DNA from: Octopus vulgaris
Taxonomy: Eukaryota
NCBI GenBank assembly: GCA_951406725.2
Contig: OX597815.1
Span: forward strand, 113,026,001 to 113,090,000
Direction of reading: 5' to 3'
Length of the DNA stretch: 64,000 nt
The first letter of the stretch is position 1; each line of letters begins with the position of its first letter. The position numbers and the translations under genes are program-made. Below the pieces are notes generated by a model. The model searched no databases, was not told the origin of the DNA, and saw only the letters and a list, made by a program, of their open reading frames with translations. This document shows positions 1 to 14,152 of the stretch, one piece after another.

Positions 1-381
<381 letters not shown>

Positions 382-409
382 AGATGCGCGTGTATCTGTG
401 TATGTATGT

Positions 410-460
<51 letters not shown>

Positions 461-1125
461 GTATATATAGGCATGTATGTATATTTTTATTATATCGTTG
501 ATATAGTACGTCGTGTTGAATGCAAAGCACTTTACTTTTGATGATCTTGGCAACAACTACAGCGGGAACACCACCAAATACAACGGCAACAATAAATAGC
601 AAATAAATAATAAATATACAGGGTTTAAAATATGCAAAAGTCAATTAAAGTGTTTCGTTAGAAAGATCTCATATGACTTTAAATTCGGCTTTCTGTCACG
701 TTTTTCTCCCGTTTTCCTCCCGTTTTGAGAGGCGAGAAAATATAGCGGACTCCATCAGATTTGCAGTTAAAGGTGAAAAACTGGCACCTACATCAATAAA
801 GAACTTGTTAAGTAAAATAATCAATTACAACAAAAAATGATAATGAAAGAAACGGGGAATGAAAGAAAGAGAAAACAAAGTAACAAATGAGAAGTATAAG
901 TAAATGATACTAATCGATTTGTTTTATTTATTTTTCTCTTTCTTTCAACGAACACAGGAAGAGAAGGAGTCGATAAAAAAATAAAAGATGGGGAGAAAAT
1001 ACAATGAACAAATAAACAGCCCATCTTTTGACATTTACATTGATAAACCTTGCAAGCCAAGAAAGCCAAAAACAAAATATATGTGTATGTAGCAGTATGT
1101 GTGAGTGTGTAAGTATACTTACATA

Positions 1126-1185
<60 letters not shown>

Positions 1186-1206
1186 TATATACATATATAT
1201 ATATAA

Positions 1207-1316
<110 letters not shown>

Positions 1317-1707
1317 GTGTGTGTGAGTGTGTATGTATGTGTGCACGTGTGTGTGTTCACACGTGAAAGAAAGCCCACAAGTTCAAGAATTCAATAACAG
1401 ATGATAACAAAGTAGAGTATAATGTAGTTATTTATTATTCCTGCAAAAAAAAAAAAAACGTTCAATACCGGTTAAGGTACGAAAGTTTTGTCTTCTGAGT
1501 TGTCAACATGAAGATGAAAATATAAAATTTATAGTTATACACAGTAGTTAATAGTTAGCTCATATGCGTGCAACAATTGAATAAGCGGGAAAATATAAAT
1601 GGAGAGAAATCATTGTCGATTCTAGAAGTTCTTTAAAAATAAAAAGTTGCTATTGCTTTCAGGTTTATGGTAAATATCGGAAACCTAAGTAGACGATATA
1701 ATATGAA

Positions 1708-1825
<118 letters not shown>

Positions 1826-2243
1826 TGAGTGATGTGTGTGTGTGTGTGTGTGTGTACATGTGGGAAAAAGAGACGTGAAATGAAAGAGTTCTTGAGTCTA
1901 TAGTTGAAGTTTAAGCTTCTTGAAAAAGTAATCGATTAGTCATACATACATACAAAGATACGTATATACGTATATATGCAATGTGTGCGCGCATTTTTGT
2001 CTATGTGTGTGCGTGTGTGTGTGTGTGTGAAGGCACATGGCCTTCACGATTGTTTCATTTCCCAGACAAGCTGCGTGCTGTGCTCTTGAGCAAGCTCTAA
2101 ATGGGTAACCTTGTGAAGGACTTGCCCTGCGATCAAGGAAAATGTTGGCCAGCTCGCTTAGTCAGCGGAGTGAAATTATTCGAAAGTAAAACCGACACAA
2201 ATCACATTGTGTCCAGCATTGTATGACAGTCTGGTCGATCACG

Positions 2244-2323
<80 letters not shown>

Positions 2324-2938
2324 ACATTTGTGAACACATCGAAATATGAAACCTCAACAGTACATCGAATACTCATAAATATTTATCTTAAACTTCGTTT
2401 TTGCATCTGAATTGCTGGAAACACCACCTATTCTGCACATGACGATTGAATAAATGAATGTGTAGTTCACTATGAGATAATTATTCGGTAACCAATAAAA
2501 TTTTGACTGCTTTCTTCACCTAAGTATATTTGAGTAAGCCTCCAAATACTTTTGCTTATATATTATCACACTGGTCACTACATGAATCACTTAAATAATT
2601 CAGTGTTGTGAAACTCCCAGTTATGATCTCAACAAGCTTTAATTTTTAATAAACTGTAAACATTGTACTTTATAGAGTAATTTGTTTCTCCCTCGATTAT
2701 GTATACAAATATCCACTAATTTATATGTCTGCACGTATGTTTATATGTGTGTATGATTAAATTAATTTTACATAGTTACAACGATAATATATTCTTAGTT
2801 TACTATCATTAGGAATGACAAAGGAAACATTTATGTTTCTTCGTATAGACAATGTAAACGCAGCTTATATCATGTACCATGATGACAAGTCATGTAATAT
2901 ATACTTTGAAATGAACACACGCATACACACACACACGC

Positions 2939-3104
<166 letters not shown>

Positions 3105-4117
3105 GTAGGTAGGTAGGTAGGTAGGTAGGTAGGTAGGTAGGTAGGTAGGTAGGTAGGTAGATAAAATATAAATTTTATTCCTAGATAAGGTACCTTGTTT
3201 CTGGCAAAGAGATAGTGCCTCATGCTCAGATCTCCATCCAGTACGAAATTGTGTGTGTGTGTTTCAGAAATAAAGGTATTTGGGGTTTAGCATATGCGTT
3301 CATCGAGGGTGCCGAAATATCAGAGTTGCATAGAATGCTCTGCAGTATTCCGATTCTCTGTATTCTGATTTCAAATCTCGCCGAGATCAACTTCGCGTTT
3401 TATCTTTTCGGGATCGATACAAAAGTACCAATCTAGGAAGATTGTTTAGTGAAACTCAAGAAAAGTGCCGTGTAGTACCTGGTCCGGATTACTACCGTCT
3501 GATAGCAACGCCTGTGACGATACTGGAGCCAAGCTGTATCGGCTCAGGTCGGTATCTTTCCCTTGGATAAACATTGGTGACATAGAGACGGGAGACATGT
3601 AAGCAGTCTTCCTCAAACCCTTGTTCAGGCTTGCGCGTGATTTTGTAAAAACATGGTCAACATTAACTGACGGTGGCCCAACCAATGTACGTTTAAGTGT
3701 GATTTCAAGATTCGAACTTACTGTATAAGAGAGTATCAAATCCCACGAGATATTGAGGCAGAATATTCTACTATTGTCGTTATTGCTATTCTTTCGTTAT
3801 CGTTTAACCCTGAAATCATCTCTAATTAAGCATACTTATGACCAAAGTATTCCAATCATAATCATCCCGTTTTTTATACAGTGTATAGAGGACTACGTTA
3901 TCCAATATGTTATTTAACTTACTACTCAGAGTGCATATTTTTATTAGTCATTATGAACATAGAACCGGTTTCTTTACGAGTAATTTAACGAAATTTGGGT
4001 GCTGTTTTACCAGAAGAAGCGATTTGGTAACGGTACCCTTGTTGACTCGGACTTTACCGTTTCGGTCATTCATTATCAATATATGTGAACAGAGATTTCG
4101 AATATAGAAATATAGAA

Positions 4118-4929
4118 TCATATCTATAAAAGGCATGATGTGTGTGCCTGGGTGTGTGTGTGTGTGTATGTGTACGTGATTGTAATATATGCACATCCAA
4201 AAATTAGCACGCATGTCACTCAAATTTTAGGACATTCGTCAACATCATATCTGGGTTTTGTCAACCTATTTTTCCCCGAGGCACCCGCGGATAGCGCAAA
4301 CATCTATTTTCAGCCATAGTTTTTAGCCATAAAAAATATCAGCCATAGCTTTTTTGACGGCATCTAACAAAAAAAAACAAGATAAAGAAAAGTGGAAGAA
4401 TGAGGCAGAGAGTTTCACGGAAAAGACAAAGTGAGAGAGGGAGAGAGAGAGTAAGTGACGATGTTCATAAAATCTATTTTCAGCCATAGCTTTTTAGACA
4501 GCGTCTAACAAAAAAATACGATGAAGAAAAGTGGAAGAAGGAGGCAGAGAGTTTCACGGGAAAGACAAAGTGAGAGAGGGAGAGAGAGAGAGTGAGTGAC
4601 GACGTTCATAAAAAATAAAATGTAAAATGATTTTGAAAGACACTATATTTTATAATCATAGTATATATACTTTCTCACACAACAATTACAATATATTTAT
4701 CATAAATCATTTATCTATTTTAAATTGGTCATCTTTCTCCCCCTCCTCTCTCTCTCTCTCTCTCTCTCTCACATTACTTTGGTTGCGAAAGAGATTTGTT
4801 TTTATTTTACGCCGAGTAAAAAAAGTGTTTTGTTGAGAGTCGATATTACTTAGTTTGGTTTGAAATAAAGAACTTGATTAGCTTAATAATCGTAACTTAA
4901 TCCCGGGCAAGGCCGGGATATACTGCTAG
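4118..4929 (+). mobile_element. Non-autonomous Helitron
   Basis: 5' A|TC start (4118, or 4123). 3' subterminal hairpin ATCCCGG-GCAAGG-CCGGGAT (4900-4919) followed by CTAG|T (4926-4930). Internal ~170-bp tandem duplication (4302-4612). Confidence 0.7.
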
Positions 4930-5653
4930 TATAGAAATATATCCATAAATAACTGAAACAACTAAAGTCGATTTTATTCCATGCCGATAGTCTACAGGTT
5001 CTTCATTTATCAATGACTCCAGAACAATGAAAAATAAACCAACTACGACAAGATTTGAGCATAGGAAGTAATAGTTAATATTCATTTACATACCATACAG
5101 AGCACTTAATTCGTGGTTCAAACAATTCTACTTTATCATTGCTTGTGTGTGGGGGGGAATATTTTGCAGTACTTTTATGCATTTGTGTGTATAAAACAAT
5201 GTAAGTGTGTATATGTGTACGTGTGTATTTTTATGTGTAGGTTTCCTGTTCGAAACATACAAACATACCAAACATTGAACTATACACAAACACCCTCACA
5301 CATACATACCTGCACGCATTTCTGAATATGTGTGTGTTTGTGTGTATGTTCCTGTGAGTACATACATGTTTATGTGTGTAAATATGTAACTTTTGGCGGA
5401 ACGTTTTCAGTGTAATACTTCATTTGGACAAGTTAAGACCTACTCAGAGGAGTTCGTGTGAGTCTTATCATCACAAATACACACCCTCTCTTCTTCTCTC
5501 TCCTTCTCTCTCCTTCTCTCTCCTTCTCTTTCTCACGCTCTCTCTCACTCTCTTCCACACACACACGCACACCACATATATGAATGTATAAATATATGTG
5601 CGTGTGTGTGTACACATACACATATTTATATATGTACACACAAATATGTAAAT

Positions 5654-5766
5654 ATATATATTTACACACATATATACACACACAAATATCTATATATACA
5701 CGCATATATATATAACATATTTTTGATATACATTTATGTACGTGTGTATGCGTATATGTGTGTGTG

Positions 5767-5804
<38 letters not shown>

Positions 5805-5971
5805 GCATATAAACAGTATATATATATGTATATATATATATATATATATGTACACACACACACATATATATACGCATACACACGTACATAAATGTATATA
5901 AAAAATATGTTATATATATATGTGTGTATACATAGATATTTGTGTGTGTATTTATGTGTGTAAATATATAT
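5654..5971. repeat. Fold-back inverted duplication (~140-bp arms) of low-complexity DNA around a (TA)n tract
   Basis: 5654-5800 is the near reverse complement of 5820-5971, including non-repetitive anchors (aacatatttttgatatacatttatgtacgtg vs cacgtacataaatgtatataaaaaatatgtt). Confidence 0.85.
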
Positions 5972-6009
5972 GTTTGATTTGCCTAATAGTGGTTTTATCT
6001 CTAATTTAA

Positions 6010-6068
<59 letters not shown>

Positions 6069-6508
6069 GGGGGGGACGGAAAGAATGTGAAAGAGAAAGA
6101 AAGGTGCCTTCCAATATTCTTGAAGAATACAATTCTGTTATCTGATGCTCTTGGAAAGTTTGTAAGTGTAAATATATCTTGTTACATTCTTGTAGACAAA
6201 AATTTATCTACCAATCAACGTATTAACTACATAGCGGCAAATGATAATAGCAAAATTTGAACTCAGAAATTAGAAGCGTGTTTAAATATTTATTCCTCTT
6301 GACAAACTAGGAAAGATAAAATAAATATCCTGTTCTGCTGTCATCGCGTCATCGCCAGTGAATTCATCGGTAAGAAAGGGGACGTAACAAACGCAGTATA
6401 CCTTATTACTCCTGTTGTCGCTACTGTTACTACAGTTAGTGGTGGTGGTGGTGGTGGTGGTGGTGATGATGATGATGATGATGATGTAGATGATGGTATT
6501 AATATAAT

Positions 6509-6746
6509 ATACAAAGGCGGCGAGCTGGCAGAAACGTTAGCACTCCGGGCGAAATGCTCAGCAGTATTTCGTCTGCCACTACGTTCTGAGTTCAAATTCC
6601 GCCGAGGTCGACTTTGCCTTTCATCCTTTCGGGGTCGATTGAATAAGTACCAGATACGCACTGGGGTCGATATAATCGACTTAATCCGTTGGTCTGTCCT
6701 TGTTTGTCCTCTCTGTGTTTAGCCCCTTGTGGGTAGCAAAGAAATA
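6509..6746 (+). mobile_element. SINE family B, full-length long-tailed copy with 14-bp TSD
   Basis: Head GGCGGCGAGCTGGCAGAAACGTTAG, B-box-like GAGTTCAAATTCC, core GCCTTTCATCCTTTCGGGGTCGAT, tail AGCCCCTTGTGGGTAGCAAAGAAATA. Flanked by GGTATTAATATAAT at 6495-6508 and 6747-6760. Confidence 0.88.
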
Positions 6747-6958
6747 GGTATTAATATAATTCTATAGACTGTTACCATCATCCTCAGAATCTATATTTTC
6801 ATTGGTCGATTGTCTGGAGCTCTTCTCAAAGTTATTATGAACAAGAAACCTGTTTTTTTTTAATCCCCTAAATTTATTGATGTCCTTATCCACACCATCG
6901 AACACCCAAACCACTTGCGTGGCCTAATGATTAGGGTGTTGATGGGTTCAATTCCTGC

Positions 6959-7450
6959 TTGGCGGTATTTCGTCTGTCGCTACGTTCTGAGTTCAAATTA
7001 CGCCGAGGTCGACTTTGCCTTTCATCCTTTCAGGGTCGATTAAATAAGTACCAGTTACGCACTGGGGTCGATGTAATCGACTTAATCCGTTTGTCTGTCC
7101 TTGTTTGTCTCCTCTGTGTTTATCCCCTTGTGGGTAGTAAAGAAATAGAAATAGGTATTTCGTCTGCCGTTACGTTCTGAGTTCAAATTCCACCGAAGTC
7201 GATAAATTAAGTACCGGTTGCGTACTGAGGTCGATCTAATTGACTGGTCCCTCCCCAAAAATTTCGGGTTTTGTGCCTAGAATAGAAAAGTAAAGAAATT
7301 TCTCTCGGCTCAGAGCGTAACATAAAACGTTACGCTCTGGGCTCAAATTCCGTTTAGGTTGACTTTGTCTCCAGTCGAACTCTGGGATCGATGTAATCGA
7401 CTAACACCCGCCTGAAAAATTGCTGGCCTCGAGCAAAAATTGAACAGGAT
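6959..7450 (+). mobile_element. Nested/tandem SINE family B copies
   Basis: Long-tailed copy 6959-7153 runs directly into a second copy restarting at GGTATTTCGTCTG. A third degenerate copy follows at ~7330-7450. Confidence 0.8.
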
Positions 7451-7973
7451 TATTACATAGATAGCTAGAACAGTTAGAAAAAACATTGTACATGGTACCA
7501 AGCCATACTCGTTTGGACCTGACGGTTGGCTCTTTATCCATTAAACCGATGAATTAGACTTGTTCTCAGAACTGGGTCACACAAATCTTTTAGAGAATTA
7601 CAGCTGTATTTTCATAAGAGGAAAATTATATATAATGTTACTGGTCGTTTCCAACCATGCCCAGTTAATCTATTTGTTAATTACTTCACATTAAGCTACG
7701 GTTAGTTCATTTCATGTGTTTTGTTTTGCTTTACTGTTTTTGTTTTTTTGTTTTGCTTTTTGTTTGTTTTGTTTTTTGTTTTGTTTTTGTTTTTTTTTTT
7801 GTCTGAGTTTGAATTAAATCTATTCTGGAACATTGATTTTTGGGGAAGTGTTCATTTAGTCAGCAATGATATAAAAATAATTGTTGCTCACGACGTAAAA
7901 AGTTACACATAACATCATAAACCTACTGTGCACCCAGAGAATATGATTATAGCTATAATTAATATTTGGAATA

Positions 7974-8196
7974 CTGAAATCCATCGACTATCGCGGATGT
8001 TACGTTCCAAAACCCGCAGCGATATGTGAAAATCCGCGAAGTAGAAATAGTACTGCACTGTGTATTTTTTTTTATTGCTTTTGTAATTTGAATATATTTA
8101 TTTTATTATAAATGCAAAACAATACCATGGAGGAATCGGCGTAAGCTTAAATAATAAACTGCGATAGGTGAACCGCGATATGGCGAGGGATTACTG
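7974..8196. mobile_element. Tigger/pogo-like MITE
   Basis: Imperfect TIRs (CTGAAATCCATCGACTATCGCGG / CCGCGATATGGCGAGGGATTACTG), TA on both sides. Confidence 0.7.
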
Positions 8197-8202
8197 TATT
8201 TA

Positions 8203-9340
8203 AGGCGGTGAACTGGCAGAATCGTTAGAGCGCCGTGGAAAATGCTTAACAGCATTTCGTACGTCTTTGCGTTCCGAGTTCAAATTCCGCCGAGGTCGAC
8301 TTTGCCTTTCATACTTTAGAGGTTGATAAAATAAGTACCAGCGGAGCACAGGGTCAATGTAATCCATTCACCCCTTTCGCCGAAATTACTGGCCTTGTAC
8401 TAAAATGTAGAATCAATATTTGGAATATTCATTTATTTGATAGTGAGGAAAACAGTTGGAAAATATATGACCAGCTAGAATACCTAAAATCATACGCCTG
8501 CTCGATTAAATCTGGCCGGAGCTAAACAACAATAGTAAAAATTGCTTTATGGTGTTTAGTTACATCTTTTTACGTTCTGATTTTAAATCGCACCAACGTC
8601 AGCAACTGTCCTTTATTTTTTTACAGACTGCACAACATATGCCATTTCTGTCCTGAGAGCGGATATACTCAACTGTACTCAAATTCAAAAGATTGACCTT
8701 GTGACAATATTAGAAATCATTATTTGAAATAGACGATTGGCGGCGTTTTGGTGGAATTATAAATGCGTCTCACAAAATGCTCAGCAGTATTTCTTCTAGC
8801 CCTTTACATCCTGAGTTCAAATACCACCGAGGTCAACTTTGCCTTTCGTCCTTTTAGGGAGATCGATAAATTAAGTACCAGTCAAGTACCGACGTAGATA
8901 TAATCGACTCCTCACCCCTAAATTGCTGACCTTGTGCCAAAATTCGAAAGAATTGTTTGAAGTAGAAAAACGTACAAGGTCCACGGTAAAACTATTAGAA
9001 CAGCGGACGAAATAACTTTCTGAATTTGACCTCATAAAATCCTAACCAGCAACGACTGCCCAAAACAGACCCAAAATTTGGAGGATTGTCACCTGAGTGG
9101 TGCAAAGGAGTCAGCAACGAATGGTAGATGCAGTGACGCGTTGTTACAGTGCATTCCCTCATACTATTATCCTCTATACAACTACTACTTCTTCTATCTT
9201 TATGTTCTGAGTTTAAATGCTTCCATAATTAACGTTGATTGTTTTTTATCCTTCAGGGTTTAATAAAACAGAGTAGCAGTCAAATACTGATGCTACAATC
9301 TTGATATCATACCCTTCTCCAAAACCTTTATTTGAAATCA
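8203..9340 (+). mobile_element. Cluster of older, short-tailed SINE family B copies (~8203-8420, ~8735-8960, degenerate ~8550-8720 and ~9205-9340)
   Basis: Repeated GAGTTCAAAT...GAGGTCRACTTTGCCTTTC...GATAAAATAAGTACCAG...GCTGGCCTTGTRCCAAAA motif chain with increasing divergence. Confidence 0.75.
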
Positions 9341-9419
9341 TTTCTTCTTCATTATTTCTTTTTTCTTTTCTTTTCTGCAGGTACAGAGATTTTTTCTAAG
9401 AACCGCCTAAATTTTACCA

Positions 9420-9904
9420 ATGAACGCGAGTCAGAAAATTTCGGCTTTTTCTTTGGCCAGAACGACGATATCAAGTCTGCTCGAATCCCAAGCTGTCCAA
9501 GATAAATCCTCCAGTTATGATGTGACAATCGACTGGGCAGACAACACAACTACAGAAGAATTATCCACCTTAGCACCGACCAATCCATTCATTCTGCCAT
9601 GGTGGCAACAAGTATTTTTCATCATCATCTTCCTCGCCATGATTATCGCCTCGATCGGTGGAAACCTCATTGTTATGTGGATAGTTCTCTGGCACAAGCG
9701 TATGCGAACCGTAACCAATTACTTCCTTTTTAACCTGGCATTGGCAGATGCCCTTATATCCGTCTGGAACACTCTATTCAACACAGCATATTTGTTGTAT
9801 AGTAATTGGTGGTTCGGTGAGGACTTCTGCAAATTTTCCATGTTCGTAGCTCCTTGTACGACGTCTGCCAGTGTGTTTACACTTATGGCCATAGCTATCG
9901 ACAG
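9420..9904 (+). CDS. TKRPR: Tachykinin / tachykinin-related peptide receptor (class A GPCR), coding exon 1 (N-terminus, TM1-TM3)
   Basis: Translation contains NPFILPWWQQ, GN(TM1)..IVLWHKRMRTVTNYFLFNLALAD(TM2)..WWFGEDFC..ASVFTLMAIAIDR. HKRMRTVTNYFL is the tachykinin-receptor ICL1/TM2 signature. Polypyrimidine tract + CAG acceptor ends at 9380, so there is a 39-nt 5'UTR part and an upstream non-coding exon is implied. Donor AG|GTAATG at 9905 splits the Arg codon of DRY. N-glycosylation sequons at N2 (NAS) and N42 (NTT). Confidence 0.93.
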
Positions 9905-10588
9905 GTAATGAAATATACTCTATATGTTATATAACTAATGTTTTACAATGCACCTCTGAGATTCGTATGTGTTTTTGTGTTTATTTCTTATCGGTAGTGT
10001 ATATGTGTTTGTGTGTTACTGATTGTATACAGATATTAATCCATTTGCGTTTCTTTATATGAGAGATGCAAATGAACAGATATCTGTAAATGTAACCTGC
10101 ACGCATGTATTTACACATATATTAATTCGAGATATACAAATGGAGTGGTGCGAGTATACGTATGTGTGTAAGTGTACGTGTGTGTATGTGTGTGTAAGTG
10201 TGTGTGTGTGTGTAAGCATGCATAATTTCTCATAGAGCAAACAAAGAAATCTATGAATTAGAATTAATTTGTTGGAAAAGGCCTGCGTTGTATAATTAAA
10301 TAAAATTAATGACGTTGAAGAGGTAATATTTTATATTGAAAACTTTGATGTTAGGAATATAATCAATTTAAGAACGCTAAATGGACACTTCCTGCTTCTG
10401 TAGTTTTCGAAGCATTATTAAAATCAACGATTTCACATCACTGAAATTAGATAGTAAGAATAAACTCATCCTTTTTGCATTAAAATTTTTACAAGACTTG
10501 ATTAATTAAGTTAGAATATATATATACATATTTTATTGCGTAAATTTTGGGGCTAATTCAGAAAGCCCATTGGGAAGTTAAAAACATA

Positions 10589-11451
10589 CGCGGTAATATC
10601 AATAAGTATCCGGACTGTTGCTATAGTAACGAAGCTAAAGCACATAGAGTAAAGCTGCTTGAGAAAGATTGACCTTAAACTCAGCTGTGTATGCGCACTA
10701 AGTTTTAACTTTCTAGCTCAATTCTGCTGTTTACAGCAGTGCTTGGAAGGAAGGTGTGTAGCGTGTAATCATCGCATTGACCAAGACAGAGAAAGTTGTC
10801 ATGGTGATAACTGCTCAGAGGCCAGCGCAAAGTTGCAGAAAGTATATGAAGAAGAGTGTATGAGCTGCACACAAGTGTACGAGTGGTTCAGACGTTTTCA
10901 AGATGGCCGAAAATATATCGATATTGACGAACGTTCTGGGAGACCCGCAACCAATAGGACTGAGAAAAACATCGCAGATGTGCGTGTAGCCGTGAGAGGA
11001 AATCGTCGAATCACCATCCGTGAGTTATCAGAGCATGTGCAAATTAGTTACGGTTCAGTTCAGTCCATTATCACTGAAGATTTGGGTATGAGACGCGTTT
11101 CTGTCAAGTTTGCGCCAAAACTGCTTTCAGCTGACCAAAATGACACTCGGGTCTCAGTTGCACAAGATCTCCTAGATTGTGATGAGAACGATGAGGTAGT
11201 ATCACTAAGCTTTTGGCAAAATTTGATGCAGGGGTCTCTGCTCAACTTTCTCTGTCGTGGTCAATGCGACGATCACACGCTACAAACCTTTCTTCCAAGC
11301 ACTGTGGCAAACAGCGGAAGTGAGCTAGAACGTTAAAACTTAGTGCGCATGCACAGCAGAGTTCAAGGTCAATATGTGCTAAGTGGCTTTACTTTGTATG
11401 CTTTAGCGTCGTTACTATGGCAACAGTCCGTATATTTATTGATCAGACCAC
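10589..11451 (+). mobile_element. Non-autonomous mariner derivative with ~210-bp inverted ends and truncated transposase (HTH region only)
   Basis: TA-flanked; 10589-10798 is inverted at 11243-11451. ORF 10659-11336 contains VYEWFRRFQDGR...DERSGRP...RRITIRELS...SVQSIITEDLGMRRVSVKFAPKLL (mariner DNA-binding domain and WVPH-like linker). No DD34D catalytic region. Confidence 0.9.
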
Positions 11452-12444
11452 TAGAATCTTATATAACCTTTAAAAAGTGGAAACAAATTACGTAAGATGT
11501 GAAGTTATTTTATGATAAATAAATCAGGATGTAAAAACAGCGTTCTTATAAAAAAAACAGTTGGTATTTTGAAAAAATAAATTTTAAAGCAAATATCCTT
11601 TTACAAAGAAACAGTGCTAAAACAAAAAAGATTTACTATTCAAAATGAATTAAATCTCAATAGAATATTCTGTCTATTGATAAAAACATGAAACTTAAAA
11701 GGGGAAAAAAACATTACATAAGAGTTCTGAAAATAACTAAATATGAACAAGTGGAAATTGGTGGTTTGTGTGGTATTAAAAGAAATCAAAATAAATTATA
11801 GAGCTGAAATGATAATAAATATCAAAGATTTATAAAGATGTAGAGAAATTATTTACAAACATACAAGTCTCAAGTTGACACAAATCATTATGATTATAAG
11901 AGTGGGTGGATATAAAGACAAGAAAATATATCAAATACCACACTTATGTACACACATATAGATGGATAGGCAGGGAGAGAGTGAGAGAGAGAGGGAGAGA
12001 GAGGGGAGAGAGAGGAGTAGATAGACAGATAGATGTAGTACATCCTGTGTGTACAGATTGGTGCATGACTGCTACTGTTGAGTTTAGAGCTTTGTGTAGA
12101 CTATCATTGTCCAGTCTGTTTTCATTAACGTGGTTTGCATACTACTGTGTTGTTAGTACTGGTTATGATGCAGCAAGAAACATGTTTGTCTCTTCCCCAC
12201 CACGTATTCACGTAGTTGTAATGGTTTAAAACCTCTGCATTGGCTGTTCCAATTACAACTGGATTTTGAATCACAACAATCATCAGGGGATCCCTTTATT
12301 GCATTGTTTTACTCACATACACAGGCACATACATACACACACACGTATATATATATACAACAATATATACGTGTGTGTGTATATGTGTGTGTGTGTATAT
12401 GTGTGTGTGTGCGTGTGTGTATTTGGGGAGTTTTGTTATAGGTA

Positions 12445-12616
12445 TAAAAATATACCATAAAACAAGTATAAAAAAAATGGCGAAAAAATGTAGAATCAGA
12501 AATAGTTTTATTACAAAATAAATCCTGTAAGCCCTGTAAAAGAACTCGGAAGGTTGCGCTTCCAACCAGGCCTTTCCCGATACCCTTAAAGCCAGGAACT
12601 TTTCAGCACCCCCTCG
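12445..12616. mobile_element. Mariner terminal fragment
   Basis: Ends ...CCAGGAACTTTTCAGCACCCCCTCG|TA, a typical mariner TIR end. No partner end found. Confidence 0.5.
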
Positions 12617-12660
12617 TATGTGTGTGTGTGTGCACATACATACATACATACATACATACA

Positions 12661-12692
<32 letters not shown>

Positions 12693-12727
12693 CACATAAG
12701 TATATATGTTTGTGTTTGTGTGAGTGT

Positions 12728-12965
12728 ATCTTGGGCCCTCAAGTTCCGATGGTGTCGAACGGTGCCATCGTGATATCTTGTACATTTTTCTCCATGTCTT
12801 GGTTGCATGCCAGAACTCAGGTTCCCACTGACAATTTGCTGGTCCATTCTTTGGCATTGTCAGTCCATCTTCTACATGGTCCAACTGTCTTTCTTAAACT
12901 TCCACAGTTCTTTAAAGAATGGCTGTGCAAGGTCACTGAATCTTATTATACCACCATAGTATCTC
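12728..12965 (-). mobile_element. RTE-type LINE 3' remnant (degenerate)
   Basis: Minus strand reads GPCRRWTDNAKEWT, resembling the GRPRRRWxDxIKEW C-terminal motif of RTE ORFs. Ends in a microsatellite tail. Confidence 0.45.
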
Positions 12966-13581
12966 CTTTTCTTTCACTGTTTTGAAGTCTTCACGAAAAC
13001 TAGTGCAATTCTTGAAGATTCACGAATCCGATCATCTGTGTGTGGTCAACGTAGAAAATTCGTAAGCTACTCCGATAGCATCTAATTTCCATTGCTTGTA
13101 TGTTCCTCTGAATTCTACCATAAAAGTCTATATTCCGAATGTATAAAGAATATGGAAAATACAAGTGCATACGAGACTCTGATTTTGTTGCTGATAGTGA
13201 TATTCTTATTTCAGTATATTAGCTTAAATTTTGTTAAGCTAGTCATTATCCATGTGATACTTATAAGTAATTTTAGTCTTAATCTGCTATCATTTACAAC
13301 AGCTCCAGGCATTTGAGTTATTACACTATACGCAGTTTCTGACCGTGTACAGAAACGTATGTTATGATGCCACCGTTAGCAACTGATATCAGTTTGTTTT
13401 GTTTGTGCTTTTGTTTTTTGCTTGATTTCTATGTGTTTTTTTTTTATTTTTGTCTTGTTTTTTTTCCCGCGCATTGATTGCTATCCTAAATTTGTGTGAA
13501 GCTCTGTCAAGTTAATTGTCTGATTCCGTCAAATCATCTTCCTTGCTGCCATTCGATAAAAGTCGTCGGCGAATCTTAAAT

Positions 13582-13632
<51 letters not shown>

Positions 13633-14152
13633 GCACGTATATACATACACGCACATAAGCACAGCCACACATACACACATATGAATATATATCACATAAG
13701 TACAGACACACGCACACACATATGAATATACACACACATATGCATGCAATGTTCATATGTGTCTGTGTGTGTGTGTGTAAATATTTATGCGTGTGTATAT
13801 GCGTATGTGCGTCTCGTATACATACATATGTCTGATTGAGTGTATATGACCGTATATATGTGTATATGTGTGTGTGTATTGATATTGTTATCGATCGATT
13901 AATGTTTTTGTAAGTCACTTCAAATACAAACAGGAAATCAAACGATGCAATGATGTACTTATGCATATGACACACACACACACTCAGAAATAAATGCCAG
14001 CAAATTGAAAAATCAGAAGATGTTGGGTTTCATTTGTCCTGAATGACAATATCGATTCTATTCGAGCCCTACACTGTCGGACAAATAAAGTAACTAAGCT
14101 TATCTATGTATGTGAATGTGTGTGCGTTTGTATGTTTCTATGTATATATATA

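Noticed and set aside
3446-3739. 97-aa minus-strand ORF
   Set aside because: No recognisable domain or splice context; adjacent to SINE remnants.
13331-13362. Hammerhead-like CTGACCG-TGTACA-GAAACGTA hairpin
   Set aside because: G8/A9 absent and the sequence pairs as a simple hairpin (GTTTCTG/CAGAAAC).
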